A stretch of 64,000 nt of DNA, taken from the NCBI GenBank assembly GCA_964291495.2, contig OZ219871.1, positions 640,001-704,000 on the forward strand, read 5' to 3'. This document shows, piece after piece, positions 9,260 through 19,332 of this stretch (the stretch's first letter is position 1; each line of letters opens with the position of its first letter). The translations under genes were made by a program, and so were the position numbers. Source of the stretch: Dehalococcoidia bacterium. GTDB taxonomy: Bacteria; Chloroflexota; Dehalococcoidia; UBA2979. Below the pieces are notes generated by a model. It had not been told where the DNA came from and did no database searches. It worked only from the letters and a program-made list of their open reading frames with translations.

Positions 9260-10480
9260 TTAGTTCCTCCCAAGCAACGCGACGCTGTAGCTGGACAGGC
9301 TCTCGGAGACGCCGCTCACCATCGCGACCTCGGCGCCCTCGACCTGGCGCTCGCCGGCGTCGCCGCGGAGTTGCGTGACCGCCTCGATGAGGGCGGGAAT
9401 CGAGTTCCCGAGGCCGTTGTCGCCCTCGGAGAGCAGGCCGCCGTGGGTGTTGAGGGGGAGCGCGCCGCCGAGTTCGAGTCGGCCGTCCGCCACGAAGTCG
9501 CCGGCCTCGCCCTTCGCGCAGAAGCCGTAGTCCTCGAGCTGCAGGAGCACGGTGGTCGTGAAGGAGTCGTTCAGCTCGGCGACGTCCACATCCTCCGGGC
9601 CGAGTCCGGCCTGCGTGAAGGCCTGCTCGGCGGCGATCTTCCCCACCGTGCGCACGAGATCGAACTCGCTGTCGGACCCGCGGCAGAGGTGACCCATGTG
9701 CTGGAAGGACTGCGCCTGGCCGGAACCGAGGACCCAGACCGGCTTCTGGACGGCATCTCGCGCGCGCTCCGCCGACGTGACGATGAAGGCGGAGGCGCCG
9801 TCCGCGATGTAGGAGCAGTCGAGCAGGCGGAGCGGCTCGGCGATCATCTTCGAGCTCAGCACGTCATCGACGCTGATCGGCGTGCGCAGCAGGGCCCGCT
9901 CGTTGAGCGCGGCGTGCTTGCGGGCCGCCACGGCGATGGCCGCCAGTTGCTCGCTGGTGGTGCCGAATTCCTGCATGTGCCGCTGCGTCACCATCGCGGC
10001 CAGCGCCGGCAGGTGCAGGCCGTAGGGGAACTCGTACTCCATCGAGATCGGCTCGCGGCTGTGGTAGATGGACTCGGAGAGGTCGACTCCCGAGAGGCCG
10101 ATCGGTGTGCGGTGCGAGGACGAGCGCCAGGTCCCGCCGCCGACCACGATGACGTTCTTGCACTGATCGTGGTACACGGCCGAGCGGGCCTTGTTGACGG
10201 CCAGGCCCACCATCAGGCCGCCGACCAGCGGGAAGTCGCAGAGGCTCTTCCCGAAGTTGGCGCTCCCCAGCTGCTCGGTCAGCTCGGTGTGGAAGCGCAT
10301 GCTGCCGTTGGGCGGATAGACCAGGAAGCCGTCTATGTCGCTCTTCGTGAGCTCGGCTTCCTCCATCGCATTCTTGATTGCCTCCATGTAGAGGCTCATC
10401 CCGGAGCGCCCGTCGGGGTTGCGCATCTCGGTGCTGCCGATGCCGATGATGGCGGCCTCTCGCGAAAGGGTCTCGATCAT
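9260..10480 (-). CDS. Thiolase-fold protein (SCP2-type)
   Basis: AAIIGIG, EFGTTSEQLAAIAV, PLRLLDCSYIADG, LNDSFT, NTHGGLLS, EAVTQLRG. Confidence 0.9.
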   Translation of the reverse strand: MIETLSREAAIIGIGSTEMRNPDGRSGMSLYMEAIKNAMEEAELTKSDIDGFLVYPPNGSMRFHTELTEQLGSANFGKSLCDFPLVGGLMVGLAVNKARSAVYHDQCKNVIVVGGGTWRSSSHRTPIGLSGVDLSESIYHSREPISMEYEFPYGLHLPALAAMVTQRHMQEFGTTSEQLAAIAVAARKHAALNERALLRTPISVDDVLSSKMIAEPLRLLDCSYIADGASAFIVTSAERARDAVQKPVWVLGSGQAQSFQHMGHLCRGSDSEFDLVRTVGKIAAEQAFTQAGLGPEDVDVAELNDSFTTTVLLQLEDYGFCAKGEAGDFVADGRLELGGALPLNTHGGLLSEGDNGLGNSIPALIEAVTQLRGDAGERQVEGAEVAMVSGVSESLSSYSVALLGRN

Positions 10481-10496
10481 GCCGCGCTCCTCACGA

Positions 10497-10925
10497 TCAG
10501 GCCTCCGGTTCCGTGATGGGCCGGAAGAATGGCAATGTGACCTCGTCGGTCAGATCCTCGAAGACGACCTCCATCCGCATCCCGATCTTCACGTCGAACG
10601 CGGGGATGTCGACGGCCCGGCTGAACATCACGGGCCCCTCGTCCAGCTCGATCAGGACGAGGGCGTAGGGTGCGAGGTCCGCCCACATCTCGTTGGGCGC
10701 CCGCACGACGACCGTCAGCGTGTAGACCGTTCCCTTGCCGCTGGACTGCACCCAGTCGAAGTCCATCGAGAGGCAATCGAAGGCCTGGCAGATCGGGCCG
10801 GGATAGAAGCGATGGTACCCGCAGTCGCGGCAGCGCTGGATCAGCAACTCGTGCCGGCGGCAGCCCTCCCAGTACTCCTTCGAGTCGGGGGTGACGCCGG
10901 GAACCGGTCTGTTGTACTCGGCCAC
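10497..10925 (-). CDS. DUF35 family Zn-ribbon/OB-fold protein
   Basis: EYWEGCRRHELLIQRCRDC...CQAFDC, GTVYTLTVV, ELDEGP. Confidence 0.9.
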   Translation of the reverse strand: MAEYNRPVPGVTPDSKEYWEGCRRHELLIQRCRDCGYHRFYPGPICQAFDCLSMDFDWVQSSGKGTVYTLTVVVRAPNEMWADLAPYALVLIELDEGPVMFSRAVDIPAFDVKIGMRMEVVFEDLTDEVTLPFFRPITEPEA

Positions 10926-10926
10926 G

Positions 10927-12150
10927 TCACTCCCCCTGCAGGATGGTGCACCCGAAGTTGGAGGCCACGCCCGAGGCGCCTCCGATGCAGACCATCGGCT
11001 TCTCCGCGGCCTGCCGCTCGCCCGCTTCGCCGCGCGCCTGGGAGATCCCCTCGTACATGACGAACAGCGTTCCGTTGCCGGGCTGGCCCTCCGAGAGCAG
11101 GCCGCCGTGCGTGTTGAGGGGCAGCTCGCCGCCGAGCTCGAGGCGGCCGCCCTCGGCGAACGGGCCGCCCTCGCCCTTCTCGCAGAAGCCGAAGTCCTCG
11201 ATCGCGAGCAGGGCCGTGGTCGTGAAGCTGTCGTAGACCTGGAGGCAATCGATATCGCTGCGCGAGACGCCGGCCTCGCCGAAGGCCTGGTCCCCCGCCA
11301 TCTTGCCCACGGTGCGCACGATGTCGAAGCCCTCGGGGGACGGGGTGCAGAGGTTGCCGACGTGGTAGTAGGACATGCCGTGGCCGGCCCCGAGGATCCA
11401 GACCGGCGGCTTCGGGCTGTCGTACGCCCGGTCCGCCGAGGTCACGATGTAGGCGGTGGCGGTGCCCGGGGCGATGTACGCGCAGTCGAGCAGGTGGTGC
11501 GGCCAGCTGATCCAGCGTGAGTTCATGACGTCGTCGATCGTAATCGGGTCTCGCAGGCAAGCCCGCTCGTTCATCGTGGCGTGCTTCCGGCAGGCCACGG
11601 CGATGGCGGCCAGTTGCTCGCTCGTGGTCCCGAACTCGTACATATGCCGGGCGCCGACCGGCGCGTAGATCGAGTAGGCGCCGCCGGTCCCGTAGGGCAT
11701 CTCCCAGTCGAAGGGGTGAGGGCTGCGCATCGACTCGCGGTAGGGCCGGACGGCCGCGCCCATGTCCCTGCCGCGGCCGATGTACTGCTCGCGCCAGTTG
11801 CCGCCGTCCAGCACCATCACGTAGTTGGCGAGGCCCTGCTGCAGGTACCAGCGGGCCTGGTTGTTGGCGTAGCCGCTGCTCATCCCGCCCGTGTGGGGCA
11901 GGTCGATCACCTTCGCGTAGGTTCCGAAGCCCAGGTACTCCGCGAAGCGGTACTGGAGCCTTGGGTCGGACCCGAAGCCGGCCACCTGGGTGGTGATGAT
12001 GCCGTCGATGTCGCTCTTCTGGAGGCCGGCGTCCTCGATCGCCATCTTGGCGGCCTGGGCAAGGAGTTCGGCGACGGTGTGCTCTTCCACGTTGAAGCCG
12101 GTGGTCCGGCCGGCCCCGACGATCGCGGTCTGTCTTGACATCTTTGACAT
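10927..12150 (-). CDS. Thiolase-fold protein (SCP2-type), close paralog of 21102-22325
   Basis: TAIVGAG, EFGTTSEQLAAIAV, HLLDC, VYDSFT, NTHGGLLSEG. Start moved to MSKMSRQ. Confidence 0.9.
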   Translation of the reverse strand: MSKMSRQTAIVGAGRTTGFNVEEHTVAELLAQAAKMAIEDAGLQKSDIDGIITTQVAGFGSDPRLQYRFAEYLGFGTYAKVIDLPHTGGMSSGYANNQARWYLQQGLANYVMVLDGGNWREQYIGRGRDMGAAVRPYRESMRSPHPFDWEMPYGTGGAYSIYAPVGARHMYEFGTTSEQLAAIAVACRKHATMNERACLRDPITIDDVMNSRWISWPHHLLDCAYIAPGTATAYIVTSADRAYDSPKPPVWILGAGHGMSYYHVGNLCTPSPEGFDIVRTVGKMAGDQAFGEAGVSRSDIDCLQVYDSFTTTALLAIEDFGFCEKGEGGPFAEGGRLELGGELPLNTHGGLLSEGQPGNGTLFVMYEGISQARGEAGERQAAEKPMVCIGGASGVASNFGCTILQGE

Positions 12151-12214
12151 AGTCACATCCCGTAGGGAGGCCGTGCCGGGAGTCTCACAGGCTACTCCCA
12201 CCAACGACGGTGAT

Positions 12215-12234
12215 GACTGGGCAAGCGCTCACTT
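12215..12234. promoter_or_regulatory. Putative operator, motif A
   Basis: GACTGGGCAAGCGCTCACTT has an intact CGCTCACTT half-site and overlaps the -10 region of a minus-strand TTGACG (12254-12259) promoter for the thiolase operon. Confidence 0.5.
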
Positions 12235-12372
12235 ACCATACGCTTCGCCGGGTCGTCAAGTCGCGGTGAAGCGCGGCGCAGCGCCCGCTATCGGTGCGCA
12301 CGACCCGCTCCGGCGGATTGATCAACGCCCGGTGAGCCGTGAGCCCGGAGCCCAGGGAACGGATGCAGGCAC

Positions 12373-13176
12373 ATGACGACCGACACTCCCGCTCAACTCG
12401 CACAGCCGCCCGCCGCATCGATCGAGGTCTGCGGCGGGAACGTCTCGTACCTGCGCAAAGGCGCGGGCGCGCCGCTGGTGGTTCTGCACCACTCGATCAG
12501 CAGCCACGGCTGGCTCCCGCTGCACGAGCGCCTGGCCGAGCGTTTCGCCGTCCACGTCCCGGACCTGCCCGGCTGGGGCGACTCCGACCGTCCGGACTGG
12601 GCGCGCAGCGTGCGCGACATCGCGATCCTCGTGGAGTTGTGGATGGACGCGCTGGACCTCGGCCGCGTGACGCTCGTCGGCTGCGGTCTTGGCGGCTGGG
12701 TGGCGGCCGAGCTCGCGACGATGAACCAGCGCCGCCTCGCCGGGTTGGTGCTGGTGGGCGCGGCCGGCATCCGCCCTCGCGAGGGCGCGATCGTCGATCA
12801 ACTGGTGGTCGACTACGTGGAGTACGTCAATAGCGGGTTCCACGACGAGGCGGAGTTCGACCGCTACTTCGGGCAGGACCCGCCGCGCGAGACCCGCATG
12901 CTGCTGTACGGCGGTCGCGAGATGACGATGCGCATCACCTGGAAGCCCTGGATGTTCAACGACGCGCTGCCCGTGCTGTTGGCCGGCGTGCAGACCCCGG
13001 TGCTGGTCGCGTGGGGCGCGAACGACGCGATCGTCCCGCTCGACTGCGGGGAGCAGTTCGCCGAGGCGGCGCCGAACGCGACGCTCCGCGTCATCGAGGA
13101 CGGCGGCCACTTCCTGGACTTCGAACGCCCGGACGCCCTCGCCGCGCTGATCGAGGACTTCGCCGGGGGAGCGTAG
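12373..13176 (+). CDS. Alpha/beta hydrolase fold protein lacking the nucleophile Ser
   Basis: PLVVLHH, VPDLPGWGDS, elbow VGCGLGG, LVAWGAND, GGHF. Confidence 0.85.
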   Translation: MTTDTPAQLAQPPAASIEVCGGNVSYLRKGAGAPLVVLHHSISSHGWLPLHERLAERFAVHVPDLPGWGDSDRPDWARSVRDIAILVELWMDALDLGRVTLVGCGLGGWVAAELATMNQRRLAGLVLVGAAGIRPREGAIVDQLVVDYVEYVNSGFHDEAEFDRYFGQDPPRETRMLLYGGREMTMRITWKPWMFNDALPVLLAGVQTPVLVAWGANDAIVPLDCGEQFAEAAPNATLRVIEDGGHFLDFERPDALAALIEDFAGGA

Positions 13177-13212
13177 CCGTTCAGGGCGCGAGACGCTCGA
13201 TCCGCGATCGCC

Positions 13213-14112
13213 TTACTCGCCGCGGAGGCGCGGGTCCAGGATGTCGCGCAGCGCGTCGCCGGCGAGGTTCCAGCTCAGTACGGTGAGGCTGATGAACACG
13301 CCCGGCCAGATCGCGAACCAGGGAGCGGACAGGAAGTAGACCCGCGCGGTCCCGCTCAACATGCTGCCCCAGGCCGGCGCCGGCGGCGGGACGCCGACGC
13401 CGAGGAAGCTCAACGTGGCCTCCGCCAGTACTGCCGCGGCCATGCTGATGCTGGTCAGGATGATCACAATCGGCATCAGGTTGGGGAGGATGTGCCGGAA
13501 GGCGATCCGCAGGTTTCCCGCTCCGATGGTGCGGGCCGCCTCCACGTAGTCGCGCTCCTTGAGGGAGAGGACCGCCGCCCGCACGATCCGGCTCGTGGCC
13601 GGAATGAAGCCGATGCCGATCGCGATGATCGTTTGCCTGAGTCCCGGACCGAGTGCCGCGATGATGGTGAGCACGAAGATGAGGCCCGGGAAGGCGAGCC
13701 AGGCGTCCATGATCCGCTGGACGACGAGATCGAACGTCCGGCCTGCGTAGCCGCTTGCGAGCCCGACACACATCCCCAGGAAGGTTCCGATCGTGACGGC
13801 GCCGATTCCAACAGCGAGCGAGATTCTGGAGCCATGGATGATTCGGCTCCAGAGGTCCCGCCCGAGGTTGTCGGTGCCCATCAAGTGGCTTTGCGTCGGC
13901 GCCGCGAGGATCGCGCTCGTGTCCTGCTCGAGGGGACCGTAGGGCGACACGACATCGGCGAAGAGCGCCATGAAGACGAGCGCCAGCAGGAGCAGCGCGG
14001 CGACTGCGCCCAGCGGCTTCCGCCGCGCAAGTCGCCCCACCTTCCGCACGGAGGAGTCTGTACGAGATAGCATGCCTTCCGAGGCGCGGAGCCCTCGCGG
14101 TGCTGTGGCCAT
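13213..14112 (-). CDS. Peptide/nickel ABC transporter permease (DppC/OppC-like)
   Basis: HLMGTDNLGRDLWSRIIHGSRISL, EAA motif DYVEAARTIGA, RHILPN. Confidence 0.92.
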   Translation of the reverse strand: MATAPRGLRASEGMLSRTDSSVRKVGRLARRKPLGAVAALLLLALVFMALFADVVSPYGPLEQDTSAILAAPTQSHLMGTDNLGRDLWSRIIHGSRISLAVGIGAVTIGTFLGMCVGLASGYAGRTFDLVVQRIMDAWLAFPGLIFVLTIIAALGPGLRQTIIAIGIGFIPATSRIVRAAVLSLKERDYVEAARTIGAGNLRIAFRHILPNLMPIVIILTSISMAAAVLAEATLSFLGVGVPPPAPAWGSMLSGTARVYFLSAPWFAIWPGVFISLTVLSWNLAGDALRDILDPRLRGE

Positions 14113-14140
14113 CACCCTTCCCCTCGCGCGGTCGCCGGAC

Positions 14141-15109
14141 CTACTCGTAGCGGATCCGCGGATCCAGGAACCCGTAGCTGAGATCCACAACCAGGTTGGT
14201 GAACAGGAATCCGAGCGCGGCGAACAGCACCGCGGACTGGACCACCGGGTAGTCGCGCTGATTGATCGCCGTGAGGATGAACTGGCCGACGCCCGGAAGC
14301 CCGAACACGTTCTCGATCACGACTGACCCGCCGATCAGGCCGCCGATCTGCAGACCGATCACCGTCACTACGGGGATCAGGCTGTTGCGGAGCACGTGCC
14401 GGTAGATCACCACGCGCTCGGTCAGGCCCTTGGAGCGGGCCGTGCGGACGTAGTCCTGGCGCAGCACCTCCAGCACCTCCGACCTCGACATTCGCATGAT
14501 CGACGCGGAGAGCGACCAGCCGAGGGTGAGGCTGGGTAACGCGAATTTCTCGAGGTTCTCGGCGGGGTTGTCGAGGAACGAGGTGTAGCCGGGTGGCGCC
14601 AGATAGTTCCACCACAGCGCGGGTAACAGGATCACGAGCAGGGCGATCCAGAAGTTCGGCAGCGACAGCCCGAGGATCCCGATCAGCCTGCCGACGTAGT
14701 CGACCGGCGAGTCCTGGTACACCGCGGAAACCACGCCCACCACGAGTCCGGTGGCAATCGCCACGCTGATACTCATCACGAGCAACTCGATCGTGACGGG
14801 GAGGCGCCGGCGCATCTCGCTGATCACCGTCTTGCGCGTCCAGTAGGAGGTTCCGAAGTCCAGCCTCGCCATCTCCGCCACCCAGACTGCGTACTGGACG
14901 AAGATCGGCTCGTGGATGCCCAGTTCGCGGCGCAGCTCGTCGATGACCTCGGGGTCGGTCTCCCCCTCCAGTATCAGGTCGTCGCCGGTGTAGGCCTGCA
15001 GCAGCGCGGCGTCGCCGGGCATGAGCCGGACGAGCAGGAAGAGGATCACCGACAGGCCGACGAGGGTGGGGATCATCGCGACGAGCCTGCGCACAATGTA
15101 CTGCGTCAC
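14141..15109 (-). CDS. Peptide/nickel ABC transporter permease (DppB/OppB-like)
   Basis: YIVRRL, MPGD, DFGTS, DYVRTARSKGL, RDYPVVQ, DPRIRY. Confidence 0.92.
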   Translation of the reverse strand: MTQYIVRRLVAMIPTLVGLSVILFLLVRLMPGDAALLQAYTGDDLILEGETDPEVIDELRRELGIHEPIFVQYAVWVAEMARLDFGTSYWTRKTVISEMRRRLPVTIELLVMSISVAIATGLVVGVVSAVYQDSPVDYVGRLIGILGLSLPNFWIALLVILLPALWWNYLAPPGYTSFLDNPAENLEKFALPSLTLGWSLSASIMRMSRSEVLEVLRQDYVRTARSKGLTERVVIYRHVLRNSLIPVVTVIGLQIGGLIGGSVVIENVFGLPGVGQFILTAINQRDYPVVQSAVLFAALGFLFTNLVVDLSYGFLDPRIRYE

Positions 15110-15254
15110 TCGCGCACCGCCCGCTCTCTACCGAGTATGCGGCATGTCGCACGCGCCGACGGCTCGCGCGACGCTGCCGGCACGGCTCCGGGACGAACCG
15201 GCCGTGGCTCCCCTCGAACCCGTCTCGGTCATCCTTCCCGAGTGGACTTGATGT

Positions 15255-15294
15255 CACAGCGGGGCGAGCAGGCTCAGGTGCTCGCCCCGCTGTG
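15255..15294. terminator. Long intercistronic hairpin between the SBP and permease genes
   Basis: CACAGCGGGGCGAGCA-8 nt-TGCTCGCCCCGCTGTG forms a perfect 16-bp stem. Confidence 0.6.
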
Positions 15295-15314
15295 TCGATG
15301 GCCTGACCCGTTGG

Positions 15315-17183
15315 TCAGGACAGCCTGTTCTCCGGCGCCTCCTTGACGTCCATCCAGATCCAGCTCGGGTTCATGATCGACTGCCGCTGCGCGCGGTTGT
15401 CACGCCAGTCGTACACCCAGGGCTGCCACATCCTGATCAGCGACGGCGCCGAGATGGAAGCCCAGAGCACTCCGTCGATCATCGCTTGCTCGAGCTGCTG
15501 GAAGATCGCACCGCGCGCCTCCATGTCGAACTCCACCTTCGCAGCGTCGATCAGGGAGTCGATCTTGGGGTCGTTGTACCCACGGGACTTGGCGCCGGCG
15601 CCGCTGGAGTGGTACTGCGCAACCGCGGTGCTGGGCCGCGCGACGCCACCGGCAAGGTGGACGTACATGCCGTCGATCTCGGCGGGCTGCGCGCCTATCG
15701 CCTTACCGTACGAGGCCGTGTCCATCGGCACCAGGGTAAGGTCCATCCCCAGCACTTCCTTCAGCTGCGGCTGCACGGCTTCCCCGTAGACAGGCGCAAC
15801 CGCGAGCCGGGTGTTGAACACGAGGTCCGCACTCAGACCGTCCGCGAAGCCGGCAGCGGCCATCAGCTTCACTGCCTCGGCCCGGTCTTCGTCTTTCTCC
15901 GCGCGATATCCGGGCTGCTGGAGCAGCTCCGCGTTCGTGAGCGTGTACCCCACCCGCTCGATCGTCATCGGCCCGGAGATCACGCCGTCGCCGAAGTTTG
16001 CGGCGGCGTCCACGTCCTGGCGGCTGATCGCCAGATGCACGGCCTGCCGGACCCGGAGATCGCCGAACGGCGGCCGGTGCTGGTTGAAGCCAATGCCGTA
16101 GATGTAGTCCGAAGGGAAGCCGCTCGTGTTCGCCTCCGGTACGGCGTCCAGGATCGGCTTCGCCTGGATGCGGTCGTTGCGGCTCAGGATGTCGAGCTCG
16201 CCCGCGATGAACGAGGCCGACTGCGTCGCGTCGTCGCCCGGAGAGATGCGCAGCCCGTCGAGGTAGGGCCTGCCCACCTCGCCGCCGGGATGCCCACCGC
16301 CCCAGTAGTCCTCGAAGCGGGTGACCGTCGTGACCGAGTCCGCCTGCCAGTCCTTGACGCGGAACGGTCCGGTGCCGGCGGACTCGCTCGAGAAGTCGAG
16401 GCCCGCGGCCTCGGCGCTCCTCGGCATGATCGCGACCTGCGAGATGTACGAGTTCACCGCCTCGAGGAACTCGGCGTTCGGACCCGGCGAAACCAGCCTG
16501 ATCGACTGCGCGTCAACGACTTCGAACCCCGCGATGAATCGCTTCCAGTTGTTCCGGATCGCGTCTTCCGCGGTCGCCCGCTCGTACGTGAACCCCACGT
16601 CGTCGGCGCTCAGCGTCGCTCCGTTGTGGAACTTCACGCCCTGGCGGATCGACAGGGTGTACGTGACGTCGTCCTGCTGTTCCCAGCTCTCCGCGAGCCA
16701 GGGGACGATGCTGTAGGGGCTGCGCCACTCCTCGTTGGTGAAGTCCGTGTTGAGGAGCGACTCGTAGAACATCTTGCCCATGATCGTGTTGATGCCGACC
16801 GAGGTGTCGGTGTAGTAGGGGTCGATGTTCGTGCCCTGGTAGCCGGCGGGCTGAATGAACTGCAGGAAGCCGCCGTGCTTCGTGGCCACCTCCGGCGCGG
16901 CAGTCGCCGTCGGCGTGGCGGCCTGCAATGCAGGCGTTGGGGTGGGGGTGGCAGCGGGGGCCTCGGTAGCGGCCGGGGCCTCAGTGGCGGCGGCCGGAGC
17001 CTCGGTAGCAGCCGGTGCGGCCGTGGCGGCGGGGGCCGCCGGGGCGTCGTCATCGTCGTCGTCGCCGCAGCCGATGATCGCCGCAAGGCCGAGCCCGAAA
17101 CCGCCGATGGCGGTCGATTTGAGCAGGCGGCGTCGCGAGAGTAGACCGAGATAGCCCGCGGAACTCGTGGTCTCGTTCTTCAT
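15315..17183 (-). CDS. ABC transporter substrate-binding protein, family 5 (Tat-exported lipoprotein)
   Basis: SRRRLLK Tat motif, lipobox-like IIGC, poly-D tract then PAATEA repeats, PWLAESWE, IRQGVKFHNG, GTGPF, PFGDLRVRQA. Confidence 0.9.
   Translation of the reverse strand: MKNETTSSAGYLGLLSRRRLLKSTAIGGFGLGLAAIIGCGDDDDDDAPAAPAATAAPAATEAPAAATEAPAATEAPAATPTPTPALQAATPTATAAPEVATKHGGFLQFIQPAGYQGTNIDPYYTDTSVGINTIMGKMFYESLLNTDFTNEEWRSPYSIVPWLAESWEQQDDVTYTLSIRQGVKFHNGATLSADDVGFTYERATAEDAIRNNWKRFIAGFEVVDAQSIRLVSPGPNAEFLEAVNSYISQVAIMPRSAEAAGLDFSSESAGTGPFRVKDWQADSVTTVTRFEDYWGGGHPGGEVGRPYLDGLRISPGDDATQSASFIAGELDILSRNDRIQAKPILDAVPEANTSGFPSDYIYGIGFNQHRPPFGDLRVRQAVHLAISRQDVDAAANFGDGVISGPMTIERVGYTLTNAELLQQPGYRAEKDEDRAEAVKLMAAAGFADGLSADLVFNTRLAVAPVYGEAVQPQLKEVLGMDLTLVPMDTASYGKAIGAQPAEIDGMYVHLAGGVARPSTAVAQYHSSGAGAKSRGYNDPKIDSLIDAAKVEFDMEARGAIFQQLEQAMIDGVLWASISAPSLIRMWQPWVYDWRDNRAQRQSIMNPSWIWMDVKEAPENRLS
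16890..17065 (-). repeat. Low-complexity coding repeat (poly-Asp plus PAATEA/PT linker)
   Basis: Encodes DDDDDDAPAAPAATAAPAATEAPAAATEAPAATEAPAATPTPTP. A similar linker occurs at about 41420-41620 in the second SBP. Confidence 0.75.
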
Positions 17184-17478
17184 GTGTGTGCACCCCTCTC
17201 CGAGCGACCCGCTGAGTCACTTCACGATGCGCGCGTGCGCGCGGTGACTCGGGCTCGGCAGCTTGCTGGACTCTCTAGATGTAGTCGCCTCCCTCGTGAT
17301 GCGGTTAGCGAGCGCCCGCTATATGCGCGCGCGTGGTATGCCTACCACCCACGCGGTAAGGGTGTCAAGACTCGCGCGGCCTGCAGAGCGCCCGGCGGCG
17401 GGGCCCGGACGGAGGCGAGAGCGGCGCCTGCGCTACTCTGAATGGAGCATCGCTCCGAGCAGCCGAGGGATCAGTTCC

Positions 17479-19110
17479 ATGCCCAGGCGCCTGCTCGCAG
17501 TCGCCCGTCCCGCCCTCGCCGCCGTCGCGCTGCTGGCCGCCGCGTGCGGCGGGGCCGGCGAGCTGGAGGAAGCCGCTCCGCCGCCCGCTACCGCTGCGCC
17601 CGAGACCCCGGCGGAGCCCCGCCAGACCCCCGAGGCGACGCCGGCCGCCGTCGGCGAGACGCCGGCAGCGGCCACGTCTGAGCCCGAGGCTCCGGCAGCA
17701 GCCGGGGAGGCGGCCGATGCCTCGCCGATCGGCGACGGCGAGGCGCTGGACCTGATGGGCAGCCTCGCCGGCGAGCAGGCTTCACCCTCCGCCCGGGACG
17801 CCCTCGATCGCGTCCTCGCGGCCGCCGACGAGCGCTTCGTCGCGGTGCTGATCGAGGTGATGTGGGCGCGCGGGGTCGGGCTCGTCGCCGAGGGGCCCGC
17901 TCCCGAGGAGTACGCGGCGGCCCTGACGCAACTCACCGGCGAGGAGTTCGGCCCGAGTTATCGGCGCTGGTCCGTGTGGTACGGCGCGACCTCGATCGTG
18001 CCGCCGCCCGGCTACACGAGCTGGAAGGGCAGGCTGCTCTCCGGGATCGACGAGGGCTTCGCCGCCTTCCTCCAGGACGGCCACCCCGCGACCATCCGCA
18101 CGGAGGAGATCGTCTGGGGCGGCGTGCCCATCGACGGCATCCCGCCGCTGGACAGCCCCGCGACGGTCGCGCCGGACGGGGCCCACATCGAGCTCGCCGA
18201 TGCCGTGTTCGGCATCGTCGTCAACGGCGAGGCGCGAGCCTATCCGCTGCGGATCATGGACTGGCACGAGTTGGTGAACGACGTGGTCGGCGGCGTCCCG
18301 GTCTCCCTCGCCTACTGCCCGCTCTGCGGCTCCGGCATCGCCTATGACGGCCGGGCTCCCAACGGCCAGACCTACACCTTCGGCACGTCCGGCCTGCTCT
18401 ACCGCAGCAACAAGCTGATGTACGACCGGGTGACCCGCACGCTCTGGAACCAGTTCACCGGCGAGCCCGTCCTCGGGGCTCTCGCGGCCGAGCGCGACCG
18501 CGAGGGCGGACCGCTGCGGCTCTCGCTGCTCTCCCTCGTCGTGACCACCTGGGGGGACTGGCTCGCGCAGCACCCGGAGACGACAGTCCTCGATATCAAC
18601 ACCGGCTTCTCGCGGCCCTACGAGCCGGGCTTGCCCTACGGCAACTATTTCCAGAGCCGGGGCACGATGTTCCCGATCTGGAGCCGCAGCGACCTGGTGA
18701 GCGCCAAGGACTTTGTCTACGGACTGCGCATCGGCGCGGACCGCAAGGCCTACCCGTTCCTCGCACTCACCGAGGAGGTCGTCGTGAACGACACGGTCGG
18801 CGAGCGGCCGGTGCTGCTCGTCGCGGCCCGTGGCGAGGTGATCACCGAGGGCGTGCACCGCGAGCCGCCCAGCCCCAACGCCTACTACTCGGGCGCGGAG
18901 GTTCGCGCCTTCGAGCGCGGCGACCGCACGTTCACCGCCGGCGCCGATCCCGACACCCTGCGCGACGCCGCCGGCGGCGTGTGGCGGGTCACGGAGGAGG
19001 CCGTGCTCGGACCGAACGGCGAGCGCCTCGAGCGGATCGCGGGGCACCTCGCGTACTGGTTCGGCTGGTACAGCTTCTACCCGGAGACGGAGGTGTACGG
19101 GCTCGATTAG
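17479..19110 (+). CDS. DUF3179 domain-containing lipoprotein
   Basis: Lipobox LAAAC; [60 protein letters not shown]. Confidence 0.85.
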   Translation: MPRRLLAVARPALAAVALLAAACGGAGELEEAAPPPATAAPETPAEPRQTPEATPAAVGETPAAATSEPEAPAAAGEAADASPIGDGEALDLMGSLAGEQASPSARDALDRVLAAADERFVAVLIEVMWARGVGLVAEGPAPEEYAAALTQLTGEEFGPSYRRWSVWYGATSIVPPPGYTSWKGRLLSGIDEGFAAFLQDGHPATIRTEEIVWGGVPIDGIPPLDSPATVAPDGAHIELADAVFGIVVNGEARAYPLRIMDWHELVNDVVGGVPVSLAYCPLCGSGIAYDGRAPNGQTYTFGTSGLLYRSNKLMYDRVTRTLWNQFTGEPVLGALAAERDREGGPLRLSLLSLVVTTWGDWLAQHPETTVLDINTGFSRPYEPGLPYGNYFQSRGTMFPIWSRSDLVSAKDFVYGLRIGADRKAYPFLALTEEVVVNDTVGERPVLLVAARGEVITEGVHREPPSPNAYYSGAEVRAFERGDRTFTAGADPDTLRDAAGGVWRVTEEAVLGPNGERLERIAGHLAYWFGWYSFYPETEVYGLD

Positions 19111-19170
19111 TGGCGGTTCCGGCGAGAGCGGGCCGTGCGCCCTCGGCGCAGGGGCCGGCGTGCGCTGTGA

Positions 19171-19226
19171 TTGACATCGCCGGGCCGCCCATAGTAAACG
19201 TGGTCAACCTGAACGCCCGCTCAGTT
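19171..19226 (+). promoter_or_regulatory. Sigma70-like promoter (TTGACA at 19171) with a degenerate motif A operator (19207-19226)
   Basis: TTGACA followed by ACCTGAACGCCCGCTCAGTT, upstream of the thiolase at 19333. Confidence 0.45.
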
Positions 19227-19332
19227 GTGCCCCGATGCGGCCTCGATCGCGCGGGAGCACGGGCGCGGATCGCCCACCGGCGGGCGGCAGGAACCGAACC
19301 TGGCAGGTACGCAGCAGAGTCCGGAGGGTGCA

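Noticed and set aside
16890-17065. Tandem repeats as a CRISPR array or VNTR (also about 41420-41620)
   Set aside because: They are in-frame Pro/Ala/Thr linker codons with no repeat-spacer structure, and there are no cas genes.
17479-19110. DUF3179 as a second selenoprotein
   Set aside because: Some DUF3179 proteins are reported with Sec, but this ORF is uninterrupted and has plain YCPLC.
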